A DNA stretch of 64,000 bases from an uncultured Nitrososphaerota archaeon (lineage in GTDB: Archaea; Thermoproteota; Nitrososphaeria; Nitrososphaerales; CADDZS01). This document shows, piece after piece, positions 61,631-64,000 of the stretch. Under the pieces are notes generated by a model. The model was not told the origin of the DNA and ran no database searches. It saw only the letters and a program-made list of their open reading frames with translations. How positions within the stretch are numbered: the stretch's first letter is position 1; every line of letters starts with the position of its first letter. A program made the position numbers and the translations under genes. The DNA lies in assembly GCA_963799845.1 (NCBI GenBank), contig CAWCYI010000006.1:640001-704000 (forward strand), read 5' to 3'.

Positions 61631-62085
61631 CTTTTGTTTCATTCACTTTGAGAAAGTACCGACTCTCTCCATTCTCCTTGAATCGAGACCGAACTCCTGC
61701 AGGACTTCACTCACTCGTTTGCCGATCTCTTGTTCTGGCACTCCGTAGGATCTTGCAAAGAATACAAGATTTTGCTCCGCTGTCAATCGTTCGTAGATAT
61801 TGGGGCTCTCCGTCAGGAGGCCAATCTCCCGGCTGATTTTTACCCTATTCTCGGGATCTTTGACGCTCTTTTCATTAACGAGAACGTCGCCTTCGGTCGG
61901 CGTCAGGAGGCATGAGATTATTCTCATCGTCGTAGTCTTTCCCGCCCCGTTCGGCCCCAGAAGCCCAAAGACTTCTCCACGCTTCACTTCCAGATTGACA
62001 TTGTCGATCGCTCTAAAAGATGAAAAGGATTTTCCAAGGTTCTTGAGCTCGAGTGACGGCGGGCCTGATTGCAAAAAGTTCCCTT

Positions 62086-62884
62086 CTAACTCTTGATTAG
62101 CTCCGGAACTTTGCGCAGACTTTCAATCTCGCGAACTATCCGTTTTTCCGGTATTTTGAAATCTCTGGGAATGTGCTCGCCAGGATTCATGTATTGGGCA
62201 TATTTGTGCCAAAGCCCGGTGTATAGCGCCGAGTGCATTCCGACGGAGACTGCACCAACCACGTCTGCCTTGAACAGGTCGCCGACGTGCAGTGTCTCGT
62301 GAGGCTCGACCGAGAGCTCGTTCATTGCAGCGTGAAAGATCTCCCTGGCCGGCTTTAGGTAACCGACCTCGCAGGAAATGGTGAGAGCGTCAAAGTACTC
62401 TCCAATTCCATAGGAATTCAACATCCTTCGGTATGTTCTCGAGGATCTCGCCGCGTTGGAAATGAGCCCGATCTTGATTCCCTCCTGCTTCAATTTTTTC
62501 AGGACTGGCTTTGCCTCTGTGTTGACATGAGGGTATTTTCCATAATAGCCGGAGTCAGACATTATTCTTCCGGCCTGCTTCTCGAGACTCGATGTTTCAT
62601 TTCTGGGAAACTTGATTCCTAGAAGCTCGAACAAGATCCGGCCTCGATCTTCCGGGGATACATCCCTGCCGCTATCATAGATCTTGTTCACATTGACGCT
62701 CAGTTGCTCCATGGCGAGACGAATAGAATTGAAATCGATCCGCTTGTCAGCTCCTTCCTTTCGAGCTGACTCGGTTAACAAACTTGTGAAAGTTCAGGAG
62801 TCGGCGGAGCCTCCTATACTCTTCCAACTCCTTAGAGTCCCAGATTAGAGTGAGCCATAAATCAAAAGTTACGGCACGAATCAG
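62086..62884 (-). CDS. HAD-superfamily hydrolase; apparent +1 indel at ~62767; probable CTG start
   Basis: Upstream frame IRAVTFDLWLTL (motif I), ISNA, KP..EIF, HVGD...DVVGA. Confidence 0.88.
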
Positions 62885-62983
62885 ACTGCGGCCACTTCCG
62901 CGTCGCAGTTTGATCTCTAACGATATGAACTTCTCTCTTTGAAATTAAAGAGAGGGGAATCGCTCCCCGCTCCTTTTCACTAG

Positions 62984-63631
62984 CTAAATGGTCGAGTTCG
63001 AGTCCGTATTGTTCAGGGCCGCGTCGGGAATATCTGGAAGAGACGAAGCCATCTTGGTCTCGGCGACGACCGATGCCTCAGCCAGGATCTTTTCTGCTTC
63101 CTCGCCATTTGACTCGAAGCTCATCGACATGCCCGGGACTGATCCGACGTCGAGCATCAATCCCTGAAGGCCGGTAGAGATCTCCGAGAGCGTGTCGTTT
63201 GCTGATGGCATCACCTTCTGGAGGCTTGTCCTGACAGTTCTAACGACCTGCCCCACTGGAGCGATCACGTTTGCGAGGTCGCCAAAGTCAGTGATTGTCT
63301 TCAATCGCATCTGGACTTGTTCCAGACAGAGTCGAGCACTCTGGACGAGCTTCATTGCCTTGCGATGCTCCGACAGCTCGTTGGCATATGCCTGAGCCAT
63401 CGTCGTGTCGTGTTTTTGGAACGCGACGCTTGTCTTGTTGAATAAGACCTTCTCCTTCTCGGTCATCTTCGTTATCGTTTTGTCAAGTTTCGAAATCTGA
63501 GAGGTCAGGGATCTGTCAGTGTCAACTAGTTTCTTCCTGAGATCGCCCGGCGGATTCATTGCATCCTTGAGCTTGCTCTGAACGTTTTCCTTGTCCCTGT
63601 TCATCTGCCATCTGTCGGTGAATTCTGTCAA
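62984..63631 (-). CDS. cdvB: CdvB/ESCRT-III (Snf7) family protein, without C-terminal winged helix
   Basis: A.AYANELSE.RK, LEQVQMRLKTITDFGD, EEAEKILAEA...LPDIP. Confidence 0.9.
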   Translation of the reverse strand: MTEFTDRWQMNRDKENVQSKLKDAMNPPGDLRKKLVDTDRSLTSQISKLDKTITKMTEKEKVLFNKTSVAFQKHDTTMAQAYANELSEHRKAMKLVQSARLCLEQVQMRLKTITDFGDLANVIAPVGQVVRTVRTSLQKVMPSANDTLSEISTGLQGLMLDVGSVPGMSMSFESNGEEAEKILAEASVVAETKMASSLPDIPDAALNNTDSNSTI

Positions 63632-63808
63632 TTTCTTATTCTCTCTCTTTGTTAGATAGCACTAAAATCCGGATTACGATGATGCTAGTTTACTCCAATT
63701 CCATTATACTCCGGAGAGTTACGGACAATAGATCTTTAGATTAATTCAAGTTGACAACCTACGTTAGGACGATTGAGAGAATGTCAACTAACCTACGACA
63801 TGAAATTG

Positions 63809-64000
63809 TCAACTTGTACGCTGCGGCGTTTTCGTGTCGACGCTTGATTTTCGAGTCAATCTCGACATTTTCAGCACCTTGCTTCCAAACAAGGTCGGAA
63901 CTATGGCAGTCGTGTTGATCGCCCCCAGCCAGATGTATGTTGACTTTAGACTCTCGACGAAAAGCTCTCTGTTGGCGGATGAAATCGTCGTCACGTTAGA
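63809..64000 (-). CDS. C-terminus of a membrane protein (possibly MFS), truncated by the window
   Basis: LFVESLK..YIWLGAINTTAIVPTLF then a basic tail. Confidence 0.45.
   Translation of the reverse strand, partial: SNVTTISSANRELFVESLKSTYIWLGAINTTAIVPTLFGSKVLKMSRLTRKSSVDTKTPQRTS

Larger units (their letters stand above)
59892..62074 (-). pseudogene. ABC-2 ATPase disrupted by IS630 and by a nonsense codon in the signature motif
   Basis: 5' half GPNGAGKTT...FSK*MKQKL; 3' half AVSRVLVHRPSILLLDEPT; removing the IS and one TA restores the frame. Confidence 0.92.

Noticed and set aside
61643-61645. In-frame TGA as selenocysteine or readthrough
   Set aside because: It replaces the signature Gly, not a Cys, and the gene is already broken by the IS.

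Overview
Archaeal chromosomal segment, most consistent with a heterotrophic, non-ammonia-oxidising Nitrososphaerota/TACK lineage. This is inferred from intron-containing tRNAs, CDC48, PAC2, aIF1, Sec61beta, CdvB/ESCRT-III, crenactin and many TTG starts. It holds about 60 CDS, mostly metabolic and transport genes, three intron-containing tRNAs (Ser-GCU, Phe-GAA, Ser-CGA) and one intact IS630 element inserted in an ABC ATPase. No CRISPR array or rRNA was seen. Highlights: (1) a crenactin gene followed by a 4-TM membrane protein carrying an internal arcadin-2-like helix (DNPWASVLSRR), divergent from two secreted Thr-repeat proteins, a candidate membrane-tethered archaeal actin module; (2) a 374-aa LAGLIDADG intein inserted inside the CxxC of a C2H2 zinc finger; (3) 7 of 8 apparent frameshifts fall at AGCT, suggesting methylation-induced long-read errors rather than pseudogenes; (4) a ~200-nt structured intergenic RNA candidate with C/D-box-like motifs; (5) a DUF929 + VKOR disulfide pair; (6) an amidase with an AtzG/GatC-like partner inside an amide-catabolism cluster. 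All product calls come from motif recognition by eye; no searches were run.
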